NCBI RefSeq assembly: GCF_009914755.1
Contig: NC_060931.1
Length of the DNA: 64,000 bases
DNA from: the human T2T-CHM13v2.0 reference genome, Homo sapiens
Direction: 5' to 3' (one strand)
Shown here: positions 26,350 to 44,167 of the stretch, piece after piece
How positions within the stretch are numbered: the stretch's first letter is position 1
Layout: each line of letters opens with the position of its first letter
Translations under genes and position numbers: made by a program
The notes under the pieces: model-generated
Database searches by the model: none
Told to the model about the DNA's origin: nothing
The model's input: only the letters and a program-made list of their open reading frames with translations

Positions 26350-27600
26350 TCTAGGCAGAATTTTAAGATACCTCCCAGCTCCCACCAAGATTCCTACCCC
26401 CTGGGATATATGCACCATATAATCCTCTTCCTTTCCTTGTGGGCAAAACTTATGAATATGATGGGATTTCACTCTCATGATTAGGTTACACTATATCATA
26501 AAGGTAAAGGCATTTTGCAGGTTAAGGTCTCTAATAAGTTGACTTTGATTCATCAAAAGGGAAATTATCCTAGGCAGGTATGACCTAATCAGAGGAGCCC
26601 TTTAAAAGAAGGTCCTGGTCTTTCTTGAAGAGAGAGATCCTTCTTCTAGCTTTGAAAAGGTGGGTTGCCATTTTCTGGAAGGACCATGTGGCTAGGACCT
26701 GAGGGCAACCCCTAGGTGCCTGGCCAACAGCCAGCAGGCAATAGGGACCTCAATCATATGGCCACAGAGAAATGAATTCTGCCCAAACCAGTGAGCTTGG
26801 AAAAGAGCCCTGAGCCTGAGCCTGGCTGCATCTAGATTTCAGCCTTATAAGGGCCTGAGGAGATGACCAGCTAAGATATTTCTGAACTCCTGACTGTCTC
26901 ACTTGCACCTGTGAGATTTTAATTTATGGAGGAGACTGAGAGACAACACAGAGACCAATGCCATTGAAAGAAGATGTTTATTACTTATATTATCCAACAG
27001 AAGGAGGCATGCCCCACCATGCAGAGCCACATGGGTGAAGCACCAGTTTTGGTCAGAAGACAGAAGTGACAGGAAAGCATGGGCCAGAACCTTTATTGGG
27101 GTTTCCATGGAAAAGGCACGGCAAAGCAGGGCCACCAGTTTAGGACTGGCTGGTTTGAATAATCCTGGCAAACCTTAGGGGCATAGAGGCTGTCCCCAGT
27201 TGTCTTGATGCCTGGCCCTGGAGTAATTTAGAGTAGGGGAATATTGCCATCGTGTGTTAGAGTTTGATAAGGAGATGGTTTGAAGGATGGGCTCTGGGTT
27301 GGTTAGTTTGCATATAGAAGGTGTGCTCCCAGGTGAGCCCTTTGCTGTCTCTAAGAATTGGCTAACCTTGAGAGGGGCAGTCTCTACCCAGTCAGTGAAG
27401 CCACAAATGCCGGAGCATCAAGAATACAGAACATAAGAAAATACAGTTAACGTAATTGGCCCTGTAATGAATGGAGGCCAGAGAGACAAAGAATCTAAGA
27501 AAGCACAGAACACCAACCCACAGAAACTGTGCGATAATAAATTTGTGCTGTTGAGGCCTCTAAGGCTGTTTGTCATGAACCAATAGAAAATGAGAACAGT
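26350..27600 (+). mobile_element. MLT1 LTR interrupted by a second LTR (MER21-like, approx. 26910-27465, reverse)
   Basis: MLT1 hallmarks (ggatttcactctcatgattaggttac; cccacagaaactgtgcgataataaatttgtg) on both sides of an LTR with a reverse polyA signal. Confidence 0.55.
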
Positions 27601-30209
27601 CCTCCAGGCACACTCATCCTCGTCCTGGGACCTCTCCGCAGTTTCCCAGAACTTTTCATGCAGCTTCCTTCTCTCTGGTACTTTTACCTGCAAATTCTAG
27701 CTTCCCTGACCTCCTTGAAGTCTTATTTTTGCTTCTTCAACTCAATGAGACCCCTGGAGTCTGTGTTGATTCCCTGTCCCTTCACTGCAGACCACAGGCA
27801 CTAAGCTGGGGCATTGCAGGGCTTGGTCACTGTAGGGCCATTGTTTTCCTTCTCACTGCTCTCCTCTGCTTATTGTTCAGTGCCTGAAAACCATTGTTTT
27901 ATATATTTTGCCCAGTTATCTCATTACTTATGGCAAGGAGGCAATTCCCATAGTAGTTAGTTTTTCATGGGTGGATGCAGAAATCCATGAACCCAAAAAC
28001 CATTTAACAGTCAATATCGCTACTCCTGAGCCATACAGACAAAGGATAACAATAGAATGTTACTTCCAACTGGCATGTTGTCACTTGTGTATATGTTTGT
28101 ATTCTTTGGTAGCAGCCCACAGAAATTAACTCTGGATAATTCAAGCAAAAAGAAATGTATAGTGTAGCTAATGGGTAACTCAGAGAGTGGCTGGTAGGCT
28201 GGAGAGCTAGCTGGCAGGAAGCAGAGTAGCTTGGTCATCTGGGTAGCAGAGAGCTTGGCACTCTCTAGTAGCTGCCACCACCAAACACTCCACCTCTGCT
28301 AGTTTTTTCATCCATCCTTGGGTTGCCCTGCTCAAGACTGCGGGTCCCCAAGGAAAGTGTTTGGCCTATCATGGGACAACTGTCTGACCTGGGCCAGGGT
28401 AAGGGGGTGTACCTTGCTCTACTATCCCACAAAAAGACACCCAAAGGGAAAGAGGAGATTCTCCCAAGAGAAGCTTAGGTTCTGATAGGAAGTGGGAAAG
28501 GATGTTGGATGGCCATGAAGAGACAAATGCCACTAGAGCCTTGAGGACGCACAACCGCCAATGATGTCTGACATTCTGCACATCCCAGGAGCTGGCAAAC
28601 TTCCTCCCTTGAAAACTGCTTCCCTTCCTGCCAAGATCCCCTCCTCACCGTCTGGCCCCCGGATGCCCCACAGCCATCTGGCTGCCCTTTCCAAGTCTGT
28701 GGCTAAAAATGTTGACTCCTACAACCAGAAAGGACTTCAGGATAACCTTTTCTGTGCCCTTCTGAGTTGGAGACAGCTGATCAATAACACAGTCAGGCAG
28801 CACCATGTGGGGTCTAGAGGCTGCATGTCTTGTCCTAAGTCACGGCCAGTCACGCCCAGTGTGTAGCAAGCGCTGATGACAGGCCAGGCTCTGAGCTGGA
28901 CACTGTCCACGCATCCCTTACACAACCCACCCAGCCATCGTAAGTGGTAATTTCTCTTTTCGGTGCTTACAGATGAAGATGCTGGGGCTTGGAGAGGTTA
29001 GATAACTTGTTTAAGGCTGCCAGCTAATAAATGGAGAGTCTGCCTTGGAGCCTGGGGCCCTGCAAAGTCAAGGCCAGTGATCTTAACCACCAAGTAATAC
29101 TGCACTGAATACAGAGGACATTTTCCCCTCTTCGCTTGGTGCAAATAAGGACACAGGAGGGGTGGCCCCAGAGTCTTGAGGAAATGGTGACCACCCTCCC
29201 AGAGAGGGAGCAGTGAAGATTCACCATCATCTGTCTAGCACATGCTTTTGTAAAGGTGTTCATCCTGGGAGAACGTTTGCCTGTGTGCTGCTGAGAGGAG
29301 AGTTGAATGTGGTTGAAAGACCCCCACTGCAAGGAATGGGCCTGCTCCGCCCCTCAGTGGTTTGTGCCTCAACAAAGCTGCAGGATATTCCCAAGTCTTG
29401 GCTTTCTCATCTGGAAAATGAGAGAAGGAAAGACCTTCTTATCCCCTGTATGAGTTCTCTTCCATGTGTTGCAGGGAGTCTGTCCTACTTGCGAAAATTG
29501 TCTGTGCTCATGGGGAGGGGTGAAAGTGGGGCCAGGTGTAAGCTCATGTGTGGGGGTTGAAGATGAGGGTAGGGGCTTGGTAGTAAACTTCTGTGTGAAG
29601 GAGTGATGAAGACAGGGTGGGATGAGGTAATAACCCCTAACTACACTTCCCAGCACTGACCAGGGCACGTGTGCACATCTGGGGCCCCTTGTGCTGTGGC
29701 ATCCAGAGAGGCAGACTCCACAGTGAGGCTTGGAGCTCTCCAGGCCACCCCATAGTCCCATAAATGACCCCCAAGTCCATCCAGCTCCTTTGGTCCAATC
29801 CTGAATTTGGCTTTGCTAAGCCACTCCCAGATTCTCTCAACACGGACCCTGCTCCCTGCCTCATAGTTCACAGAGACTCTAGAAGCTCTGTCTTTGACTT
29901 TCCCAACTTCCCACTCTTCCCAGGGTCACTCTGTCCTCACCTATCCAAACCCTGAGCTTTCCATGGCCCAATTGTATCAATGATCCTCTTCTTGGTGTGT
30001 GTCCAGTCAATGGTGAAAATATGCTGAAGCACCCCTTCTGTAATGACTGACAGATAAATGTACAATGTCTTGGACCTTTCTTTTAATTCTCCCAAATCTA
30101 GCCAGACATACATGGCTTCTTCTCTTTCTTCCCATTCTTAAATGATGTATACACAAAAATTTTTTAAAAAATTGTTCTGTATCAAAACAATTTGTGTGGC
30201 TTAAAAAGT

Positions 30210-30590
30210 TTGTGGAATATTACTCAGCTTTGAAAGGGAAGGACAGTCTGACACATGCTACAACATGGATGAACTTTGAGGGCATTATGCTAAGTGGAAT
30301 AAGCCAAATACTGGATGATTCCACTCATATGAGATGCCCAGTCAAATTCACAGAGACCAAATGTAGAATGTAGGTTGCCAGGGCTGTGGGGGGAGGTTAA
30401 AATGGGGAGTTAGTGTTTAATACAGACAGTGTCTGTTTGGGAAAATGAAAAATGTCTAGAGATGGATGGTGGTGTTGGTTGCATGACGATGTGAATGTGC
30501 TTAACACAACTGAACCATACACTTAAAAATAGTTAAAATAATCAATTTTATGTTATGTATATTTCACCACAATAACAAAAGAAAAAAGCT
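30210..30590 (+). mobile_element. L1MB-type 3' end
   Basis: catgctacaacatggatgaactttgagggcattatgctaagt...ggtggtgttggttgcatgacgatgtgaatgtgc. Confidence 0.8.
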
Positions 30591-30606
30591 CATAAAGCTT
30601 ATAACA

Positions 30607-31040
<434 letters not shown>

Positions 31041-31786
31041 TTATACTGTTATTTCTTCATTTTTTCAGTTTGAAATTTTATCTAACTTCCTCTGATGGAA
31101 GACAATAATTTAACTCTTGTATAAGCCTCTTTCTTTCCCACAATCTACACACACACCCACATACACAAACACACACGTGTGCACACACTCACACATATAC
31201 AAACACACATGCATGCACACACGCACACATTTTCTCTCCCTCTAGTCTCTCAACTCAATATTCAGTATTTATATTAGTATGATCATACAAATATTTTTTT
31301 AACAGCTGGGCTTTATAGTGTCCTCTGATTAGATTTTCTCTCATACAGCTCTTTGTTTTCCTGGGAATTTATGGTGACCTTTTTGCTAAGTTTTCTGCAA
31401 ACTTCATTAATCATCCCGATATTTCTGAAAGAGGAATGAATCTCTATTTACTGGTGGAGTGTTTTTTTTTTTTTTTTTTTTTCTCGGAGACATGCCTCCC
31501 TAATCGCTCTGAATTGTTCCATGCACTCTGGGCCTGCTGCCAGCTACTACTTGGGGACCTCTCTTCCCCACCAGCCTGGGAAGTCACCAGTCCTCCCTGC
31601 CTTTGATGGTCTGTTGCATTCTTTTGATGAAGTGCATCCTCCAGCAGCTTCCCCGGACTTTAGGTTTCTGAAAGCACCTTCTTCTAACATCATACTCAGT
31701 TGGTCGTTAGTCTGGGAATTTCATTCCCACAGTTGGTAATAATTTTTCTGCACAATATTCAAAAGCTTTGCCCCCTTGTTTCGTAA

Positions 31787-32786
<1,000 letters not shown>

Positions 32787-32797
32787 ATTTTTTGTAT

Positions 32798-33095
32798 TTT
32801 TTTTTTTTCTTTTGAGACGGAGTTTCGCTCTGTTACCCAGGCTGGAGAGCAGTGGTGCTATCTAGGCTCACTGCAAGCTCCGCCTCCCAGGTTCATGCCA
32901 TTCTCCTGCCTCAGCCTTCTAAGTAGCTGGGACTACAGGAACCCCCGCCACCACGCCCAGCCAATTTTTGTATTTTTAGTAGAGACGGGGTTTCACCGTG
33001 TTAGCCAGGATGGTCTCGATCTCCTGACCTCGTGATCCGCCCGCCTCAGCCTCCCAAAGTGCTGGGATTACAGGCGTGAGCCACCACGCCCAGCC
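32798..33095 (-). mobile_element. AluY-like
   Basis: gcaagctccgcctcc, ttagccaggatggtctcgatctcc. Confidence 0.93.
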
Positions 33096-33611
33096 CCTAA
33101 CTTTCAATGTTACTGTTGAGAATTCCAATGCGATTTTAATTCCCTATGCTTCGACCCTGTCCTACCCCTGCCACGCCCCACCTCCACAGGAAGCCATGAA
33201 AAGCCTGCAATTTCACAATGTAGTCCCTTGGTGAGAGTCTTGGTGTTGGGCGCTTGATGGGCCCTCTCTGTCTATAAACTCACTGCTTTTGCTCTGGGAA
33301 ATTTTCTCCTCTCTGTCTTCTGAATTCTTCCTTCTTGGACATTGAAAGTTGGACTTTCTAAATCAATCCTCCAACAGATTTTTAAATCTGTTTTCTCCTA
33401 TTGTCTTTATCACTATCTTTTTTATTCTACTGTCAGGATGAGTTTTCTTTCAATCCTTCTACTGAATTTTTAATTTCTTGGATCATATTTTGAATATTCA
33501 GGCCCTTTTTCTTATTCTTTGAAGTTCTTTTTGGTTTTATACTGTGTTCCCTTTTCGTGCATGCAAAACTGTCCTTTTCTCCCTAAGGATAGCAATGACA
33601 CACACATATAG

Positions 33612-33872
<261 letters not shown>

Positions 33873-34284
33873 TTTTAAGTTTTCTTCTGCTCCTGGTATT
33901 GTCTCTTTTTCTTTTTCTGTTTGCTTTCATCTATGTTTTTTATGTTAGAGATGTTGCCTCCAAAGTCTGTGGATCTTTAATTACTCATTTGTAAATCAAG
34001 AGTGAGGTGACTGATGCTGATTGGGTTCTCTGAGTATGGGTGGCGCTTGTTGGCTGATGGCTTCATAGTAGGGAGATCCAGAAAAATTTGATTTTGCAGA
34101 TCACATGCAAAGGGTAAGGACTCCAAATGGTATCGCTCATCTCCAGCCAGAAAGTGTAATTGGCTACGAGTGAGCTGGGGTCACAGAACAGGGGAAAGGG
34201 ATGGAGAAAGCCTCACAGTTTAGCATGTAGGCTTCTCCTTAGTCCTCTCTAGAATGGGCAGGGACTTTGTCTTGTCTGGCACTG

Positions 34285-35333
<1,049 letters not shown>

Positions 35334-36331
35334 CTAACATAGTTTAAAATATATAGATAATTACAACACACAGCAACATTACATAAGGTGAGAATAAATG
35401 GACTTAAAGTGTTTTAAGGTTCTTGCAGTTTCATGGAGAGAGGGTCAATGTACCATCAGTATTAAATTTTGACATGCTCAGCATGCATGCTATGCTCTCT
35501 AGGATAACTATTAAAAAAGAGGAGTAACAAAAATGAACTAGGAAGCAAAGTACAATAGAGGAGATCAATGAAGCCAAAAGTTGGTTCCCTGAAAAGATCC
35601 ATGAAGGACAGAAATCTCTGGCAAGACTTTTAAGACGAAGAAAATAGAATGCAAAAATACCTACTACTAGGAATTTAAAAGGGAACATTACTAGAGGTAA
35701 CACAGATCAGATGGAAATTCAAAGTTAAAATGTGATAAACAACTTTACACTAAAAAATTGAAAATGTAGATAAAATGGTAAATTATAGAAAAACAAATTT
35801 ACAAAACTTACATATGCAGAAATAGAAAGCTGGAATTCTCCTATGACTATTAAAGGAATTAAATCCATAATTTAAAACCTTTCCCAAAGAAAACTCTAGA
35901 CTCAGATGGCTTCACCCATGAATCTAACCAAACATTTTAGAAGAAACAATGCCTCTGTTATACATAGCCTTTCAAAGAATACGAATAAAGGGAGAATTTC
36001 TCAACTTAGTTTATGAGGCTAACATAACCTTAATAACCTAAATCTGACCAGAGCATTGTAAAAAAGGATAATTACAGGCCAATATCACTTATGAATGTAG
36101 ATGAAAAAATTCTCAAAAAGTACTAGCAATTCAGCAAATCATAAACAAGATAATACATTCTGATCAATTGAGTTTACTCCAGAAATGTTGACTTAACATT
36201 TGTAAATCTATCAAGGTAATGTTCACCCCACCACATTAACAGAGTAAAGAAAAAAAATCATATGATAATCTCAGTAGATACAGAAGAAAGCCTTGATAAT
36301 ATTCAACATCTATTTATGATTTTTAAAATCA

Positions 36332-36930
<599 letters not shown>

Positions 36931-37870
36931 TGCTCACTTTCTCTCTGAGTTTGAGAATAGACAAGCATGATTCCTATCAACACTTCTATTCACATTTTTA
37001 TGAAATTCATAATAACTGAAATAAGACAAGTAAAATAAAAGTATATGTATTATAAAGTAAGAAATTAATCTGTTCTTATTCACAGCAGGTGTGCCAGAGT
37101 TCCTAGACAATCCAAAAGGATATACAGATAAATCATTAGAATTGATATATGAGTTTAGCAAGTTTGTGACTTATAAGTAGTGGGAAAATGAAGTCTTTAA
37201 AAATAACAGCATCAAAAATACCAAATACCTAGGGATAAATCTAATGAATATATTTACAGAGAAAATAATACTCTCTCTACACAGAAAGTGATAAAATATT
37301 ACAGAGATAAATTTCTGAGAGAAATAAATAAATGAAGGAATATATCATCTTCATGGACTAGAACACCCACAGCATAAAGATACTAATGTGTATATAGATT
37401 CAACTCAATCTAAATCAAAATTACTGCAGTTTTTCATGGTGGATGGAGAGAAGAGATTAACAAGCCGATTCTAACATTAACATTGAAAATGCAAAAGGCC
37501 AGGAATAGCCAAGCTAATGTTCAAGAACAAAATAAGATGAATTGCTCTTACATATAAAGATATTGTTAAAAAACATTGTTAGCAAGTTATCGTGATTAAG
37601 ATGATATATTTGCACAAGGAAGAACAAGCAAACTAAGGGAACTGAAATCCAAAGGAATCCAGAAATCGACTCACACACTTATAGATTCTTGATTTATGAC
37701 AAAAGTGGCAGTGGTGTTCCCGAGCAGCTCAGAAAGGATGGCTTTGTCAATAAAGCTTCTGAGTCCATTAGACATCACTATAGAAAAAATGAAAGACCCC
37801 TATCTTGTACCAAACACAAAATCAATTCTGGGTGAATTACAGATCCAAAGAGAAAAGGTGAAATAATTAA

Positions 37871-38228
<358 letters not shown>

Positions 38229-38339
38229 AAGATTTCTTAAGCAGACCTTAAGAAGAACCACAAAAGAAAAAGACTAATAAGACTATATTAAAATTAGAAA
38301 TGCTTGTTTATGAAAAGTTGCCATTAAAAAGTTGAAAGG

Positions 38340-38638
38340 GGCCAGGTGTGGTGGCTCATGCCTATAATCCCAGCACTTTGAGAGGCTGAAGCATGAGGAT
38401 TGCTTAAATCCAGGCATTGCAGACCAGCTTGTGCAACACGGCAAGACCTCATCTCTATACAAAATTTAAAAAATTAGCTGGGCATGGTGGCATGTGCCTG
38501 TGTTACTTGAGATGCTGAGGTGGAAGGTTCACTTGAGCCCAGGAGGTGGAGGCTGCAGTGAGCCATGATAACACCACTGCATTCCAGCCTGGGCAACAGA
38601 GTGAGATGCTCTCTTAAAAACAAACAAACAAACAAAAA
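38340..38638 (+). mobile_element. AluJ
   Basis: J diagnostics; TSD aaaaagttgaaagg. Confidence 0.9.
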
Positions 38639-39262
38639 GTTGAAAGGCAAGTTATAGAGAAGGAGAAGATATTTGCACACATATAACTGACAAGAGATTT
38701 TATTCAGAATGTATAAAGAAATCCTATGAACCCAGTACAAAAATGGGCAATAGACCTCAACAAGATTATGCAAAGAAAGGTTATTAACAAACACATGACA
38801 AATGGTCCAATCTAGTCATAATTAGCAAAATGCAAAATAAAATCACAAGATACCCTACACACCCACTGGGATGCCTAAATTAAAATAGAAAAATACTAAC
38901 AATAATTGTGTTGGTAACCAGATGGTGTAATGGAAAAACATACACTGCTGATGTGAGTGTAAACTTGCACAACAACTTTATCCACTAAAGTTGACATTAT
39001 CCACTAGAGTTGAAGATACAGACACCATATGAATGAGAAAATCCTCCCCTAGGTATATGCTCAAAAGAAATGTGCACTGAAAGACACATACATGAATATT
39101 CATAGCAGCTTCATTCATAATAGATTCAAATGGAAAATAACCCAAATGTTTATAAAGAATAGAATGGATAAATACATTGTACTATTAGCCCAAGATAATC
39201 TTATGCAGCATTAAAATGAATGTGCTATAGCTTCATGCAATAACATGAATGAATCTCACTCT

Positions 39263-39604
39263 CTTAGTCCATTCCAGCCCCTATAACAAAATACCATAAA
39301 CTGGAGAGTTTATAAACAATAGAAATTTATTTCTCACAGCTCTGGAAGCTGGGAAGTCCAACATCAAGGCAGATGCAATAACTGGTTAGAGCTCTATATC
39401 TGGCTCATAGATGGTGCATTCTTGCTGTATGCTCACAGAGTGGAAGGGGTGAGGGTTCTCTCTCCAGCCACTTTTATAGGGACACTAATTCCATTCATAA
39501 GGGCTTCACCCTCGTGACCTAATCACTTTCCAAAGGCCTCACCTTCTAATACCATCACTGTGGGGATTAGAATTTGGGGGAACACAGACATTTACACCAT
39601 AGCA
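39263..39604 (-). mobile_element. MLT1A-like LTR
   Basis: tcttagtccatt...ctataacaaaataccataaactgg...acagacatttacaccatagca. Confidence 0.75.
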
Positions 39605-40015
39605 CTCACAAATAGAATATTGAGAGAAAAAAGCTAGACAAAGAGGAACATATATTTTATGGTTCCATTTAAACAAAGTACATGAACAGGCAAAATTAAT
39701 GCATGGCAAGAGAAGTCAGAATAGTTTGGTTCTTTTGGGGAGGAGAGGCCAATGCTTAGGAGGGTCCTGCAGGTGGTTTCTGAGTTTCTGCTGTGTTATT
39801 TTCTCAGCTGGTGCAGTGGTTACCAGGCATGTTCGCTTTGTTTTAATTCATTGAGCTGTACATGAGGCTTTGTGCACTCTTCTCTGTGTTATGCTTTAAT
39901 TTTCCAAAGTAAGAGGAAAAAACTAGCCATGAAAAGAAACCATCAGGGTCAGAGACTGTAGCAATGACTGTGACCTCATCAGCTGAATCGTCCTGCTGTG
40001 GGCCTGTGGTGGTGG

Positions 40016-40260
40016 CAGGTACTGCCCAGGTGCTATCCAGGTGCCACCAGGTCCTGTCCGGGTACTGCCAGATCCTGTCAGTTGCTACCCAGATGCTGCC
40101 CAGGTTCTGCCCAGGTATTGCCCAGGTGCCGCCAGATCCTGCCCAGGTGCTGCCAGGTCCTGCCCAGGTGCTGCCAGATCTTGCCCAGATGCTGCCCAGG
40201 TCCTGACCAGGTGCTGCCAGATCCTGTCCAGGCACTTCCAGGTCCTGCTCAGGCACTGCA
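40016..40260. repeat. GC-rich minisatellite, 10/11-bp subunits forming ~21-bp units (ccaggtgctgccagatcctgc)
   Basis: Direct reading; periodic peptides in ORFs 39964+, 39998+, 40041+, 39843-. Confidence 0.93.
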
Positions 40261-40877
40261 ACAGCAGCACAGGATCTTGGGGGCCAAAGCATCCCTGAAG
40301 CTGCTGCTAGGACCCCACCTCTCTGGAAGGCAGTATTCCCAGGGCCATATCTTATACTTTCAGTTAAAATAAATAAAACAGTTTATAAGGAAAAAAGTTA
40401 AAACCCCACCCCCAACCTCACAAACAGCAGCAACAGCAGCGTCAACAATACAACAAACATTAGTAAGTCGCCCTCGTCTCCCCACTCTTCCCACATGGCC
40501 TCTGCCTGCTGACACCATCTGCTTGCAAAACAAATACAAACCTGTGGTTCCTTTGCTTCAAATCCTCAGTGAACTCCAAGATGTCGAAAATGTCAAAGCT
40601 TCCAAGCACAGTCGATATACAAGGCTCCCCACAACCTGTATCGATCTACTTTTCCATCGTGATCACCTCTCTCTCCCACCCCTCCCTGTTCCTTGCTCCC
40701 TGTCCTCATCCTCCATACCACCACCCCACAGACCCTCACAGGCAAACATGCGCCCTCCGGCCACCGAGTGCTCTCTGTGGTCTAGCACGTCTTCTAATGT
40801 GCCATCCAACGCACTTCCCAACCCCACTGTCTGGACAAGCATTCATCTCTCGCTGTAGAGGTGACCTATCAGCTGGG

Positions 40878-41182
<305 letters not shown>

Positions 41183-41670
41183 GTATGTTTTTTGAAGACT
41201 TTTCTCCCTTTCACTGGCCCCGGATTGAGTTGCTTTTTCTCTTTTCTGTTTTTTTTTTTTTCCTTAATTTAAGATTTTGTTTGCAATTCTAGCACGTATT
41301 ACTACGTTGTCATTATTTCCATCTGGCTCTGAGCATGTCTTAGGCAGGAGGAATGTTCAAATATTCCTCATCTGCATATGTCTGGAGCCTTGGCACTCAA
41401 TAGATGCTCAAAAAAAATGTCAGTTGAGTTTAACCAAGGAGGGTTGATTGGCCTTTCCATTCTTAAATTTCAACAAGGCTATTTATGCATGTTTTGCCTT
41501 GGGACTGAGGAAGCATAGGCAGAAATGTTGTGAAGACAAGAAAGGGATGGTTCATGGCAGTAAGGAAGACCACTATTTAGAATTGGTGTTGCCAGCTCCT
41601 GAAAGCAAGCTTGAAGTCCTAGGCATGTCCTTACAAGTGAAAGGTGGCAGTTGTGAAGTCACAGCAGGTC

Positions 41671-41742
41671 AAAAGGATGGCCCGGAGGTAGAGCATTTGA
41701 CTGAAGGTCAGAAAGTACTTGATACAAAGAGAGGAACAAAAG
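41671..41742 (+). pseudogene. Highly decayed tRNA-Cys relic (anticodon GAA), only plus-strand copy
   Basis: Ungapped 72-nt alignment to tRNA-Cys; core ggtagagcatttgactgaaggtca 22/24 identical; acceptor and T arms destroyed. Confidence 0.7.
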
Positions 41743-41744
41743 AC

Positions 41745-42145
41745 CATGGAAGTGACAGTGTGTGACTTTTGAAGCTAGACAATAAAAGCATGGCAGCTTC
41801 CACCTTGGTCTTTTAGATTTATCACTCTTAGGGGAAGCCAACCTCCATGCTGTGAGGATGCTCAAGCAACCCTGTGGAGGCTGATGTGGAGAGGGACTGA
41901 GGCCCTCAGCTCATAATCTGCATCATCTTGCCAGCCATGGGAGAGAGCCACCTTGAAAGTAGGCCCTCCAGCCCCAGTCAAGCCTTCAGATGACACAGCT
42001 CCAGCTGACATACAACTATAACTGCAAGGAGAGACCTCTAAATGAGAACTGCTCAGTAGTGTCCATCTTGAATTTCTGGCCAATAGAAACTATGGAAGTA
42101 AGACATGTTTAGTGTTGTTTGAAGCTCTAAGATTTGCTGTGATTT
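41745..42145 (+). mobile_element. MLT1 LTR (MLT1F-like)
   Basis: gaagtgacagtgtgtgactt...gccccagtcaagccttcagatgac...gcagcattaactaa. Confidence 0.75.
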
Positions 42146-42608
42146 GTTTTGCAGCATTAACTAATCAAAATACCAGGTGAAGAAGACGAGTAGGGAAGGG
42201 CATTTGAGGTAGAGGATGCAGTATAAACAAAGGCTGGGCAAGGAATCACATGTGTCAGGGGAGCAGTGAGAAGGGTAGTGTGGGCCATGGGAGGCATTGA
42301 GGGCATGATGGCTGGAGAAGGCAGCAAAGTCTAAATTGCCATGGGCCATGAGTTCCATGGGATGAAGTTTATATTTTGTCCTGTGAACACTGAGGATCCA
42401 CAAACGGTTTTATTCAGGAGATGAAAATAATCTGCTCAGATTGTTCAGGAATCTCACAGTGTGATCACATTGGACAGGAGAATCCAGTGGAAGGAGTTAC
42501 AGGGATGTGACTTTAGAGTCACAGTGATTCAGGCAAGAGTACATGAAGCTGTGGCAGTTTGGGTAGAGACAGTGGACGAAAATTTGGAATAAAAATCTAT
42601 AAGATTTG

Positions 42609-42878
42609 GGCTGGGTGCAGTGGCTCATGCCTGCAATCCCAGCACTTTGGAAGGCCGAAGTGGAAGGCTCACTTTAGCCCAGGAGTTCAAGACCAGGCTG
42701 GGGCATCGTAGTGAGACCCCATCTCCACAGAAAATTTAAAAATCAGCCTGGCATAGTGGTACACACCTGTAGTCTCAGCTGCTCAGGAGGCTGAGTTGGA
42801 AGTATTACTTGAGCCTAAGAGTTTGAGGCTGCAATGAGCTATAATCAGGCCTGTGCACTCCAGTCTGGGCAACAGAGT
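42609..42878 (+). mobile_element. AluJ within L2-like sequence
   Basis: Alu dimer with J diagnostics. Confidence 0.88.
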
Positions 42879-44095
42879 GGATTTGGTAACTTTTTGGACT
42901 GAAAGGTGAGGTGAGTTGGAAGCAGGGAGGTGAAATACACAGAGGACCCCAGCTTGGAAGCCTTGAGGGCTTGCAATGTTCTTACTATTAATAATTTTTA
43001 TTTTTATTTTTAAAATTTATTTTAAGAAATAAATTATTTCATGATTATTATTCTATGTAGTCAGTCTTCTTCCCACCAAAGACAAAAAGTTAGATATGCC
43101 TGGAAGTTAGAAATTTAAATAGATCCCAGCTGCAGATGAAATTGGGATCAGAAAATGAGGGGAATGGGAAGAAAAGAAATATGACTTTGCGCTAGAGATG
43201 ATTTTGTACCAGTGATTGCCCTGAGGAGTTTGCACTGATATCTGGAGGAAGGCTTTTGCTAGTGGAGTGGGACTATCTCTCCACGATGCACCGATTTGCC
43301 TCCACCCATGTACATATGGAATACAAAGTTCCAGGCTCCCCCTCCTCTCTCTTCCCCTCTCTCTGGAGGATGCTGGATGAGGGGTGGTGGGGGTGGGCTG
43401 CACAGAGTGTGGGAAAGGATGTGGGAGTCTCTGGCCAGTCACCGCAGGAGCCAGGAGTCTGGGTTGGCTATTTGTTCCCCTTAGGTCATTGTGTCCAGGG
43501 GGAAGGGAGGCTTTCTGGAAAGAATGTGTTTAGTTTGTATCAGGGGCGGTGAGAGCCGCATTTCCACATTGGGACGTTTCCTGGATGCATTGCCCTCTGT
43601 CCACAAGCAGAAATGGAAGTAGCCAAGGCAGGCGGGTGGGGCCCAGGCAGCAACCAGAGTGGCAAGTGAGAGGCCAGAGGGAGCAGATGGAGCAAGTCCC
43701 GCTTATAAGTTGGGTGGAGTCCTCGGCGATGTTGCAGCACAAACCAGCCGGAGTTGAGCTCCTGGGCATAACGTACAGGTTTGTCCACACGTGGTCTCCT
43801 TGCCGGGACCCCAGTTGTCCTGGTTGTGAGGATTCTGAGACTCAGTGACTTGCTAACAATGACACAGATGGCAGGAGGCAGAATCAGGATTCAAACCTAC
43901 TCAAACGTACCACAGGGTTTCTGCAGAAACAGAGAGAACCTGCTAGAAAAGTCATTGTGAGGCTAGCAAAGCTTGTCTGCTGCATTCTATTTCTTTGTCA
44001 CAGACAAATAAGACATTACAGCCTTACAGGCTGGCTTTTGAGGGGTGGGAGAGGAAGAAAACAAAATACTCTTGCTGGATAAAAACGTAAACCAT

Positions 44096-44167
44096 AGGAG
44101 ACACCTGGACTTGAAGCAGGAACCTCTTGGCGTGTAGGCAGAGGCTCTTCCACCAAGCTATACCCTC
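44096..44167 (-). pseudogene. Decayed tRNA-Cys (anticodon ACA)
   Basis: Reverse complement GAGGGTATAGCTTGGTGGAAGAGCCTCTGCCTACACGCCAAGAGGTTCCTGCTTCAAGTCCAGGTGTCTCCT; ungapped 72 nt, anticodon stem broken; T5 at 44081-44085. Confidence 0.8.

Noticed and set aside
39843-40372. Repetitive proteins encoded on both strands
   Set aside because: An artefact of the in-frame ~21-bp minisatellite.
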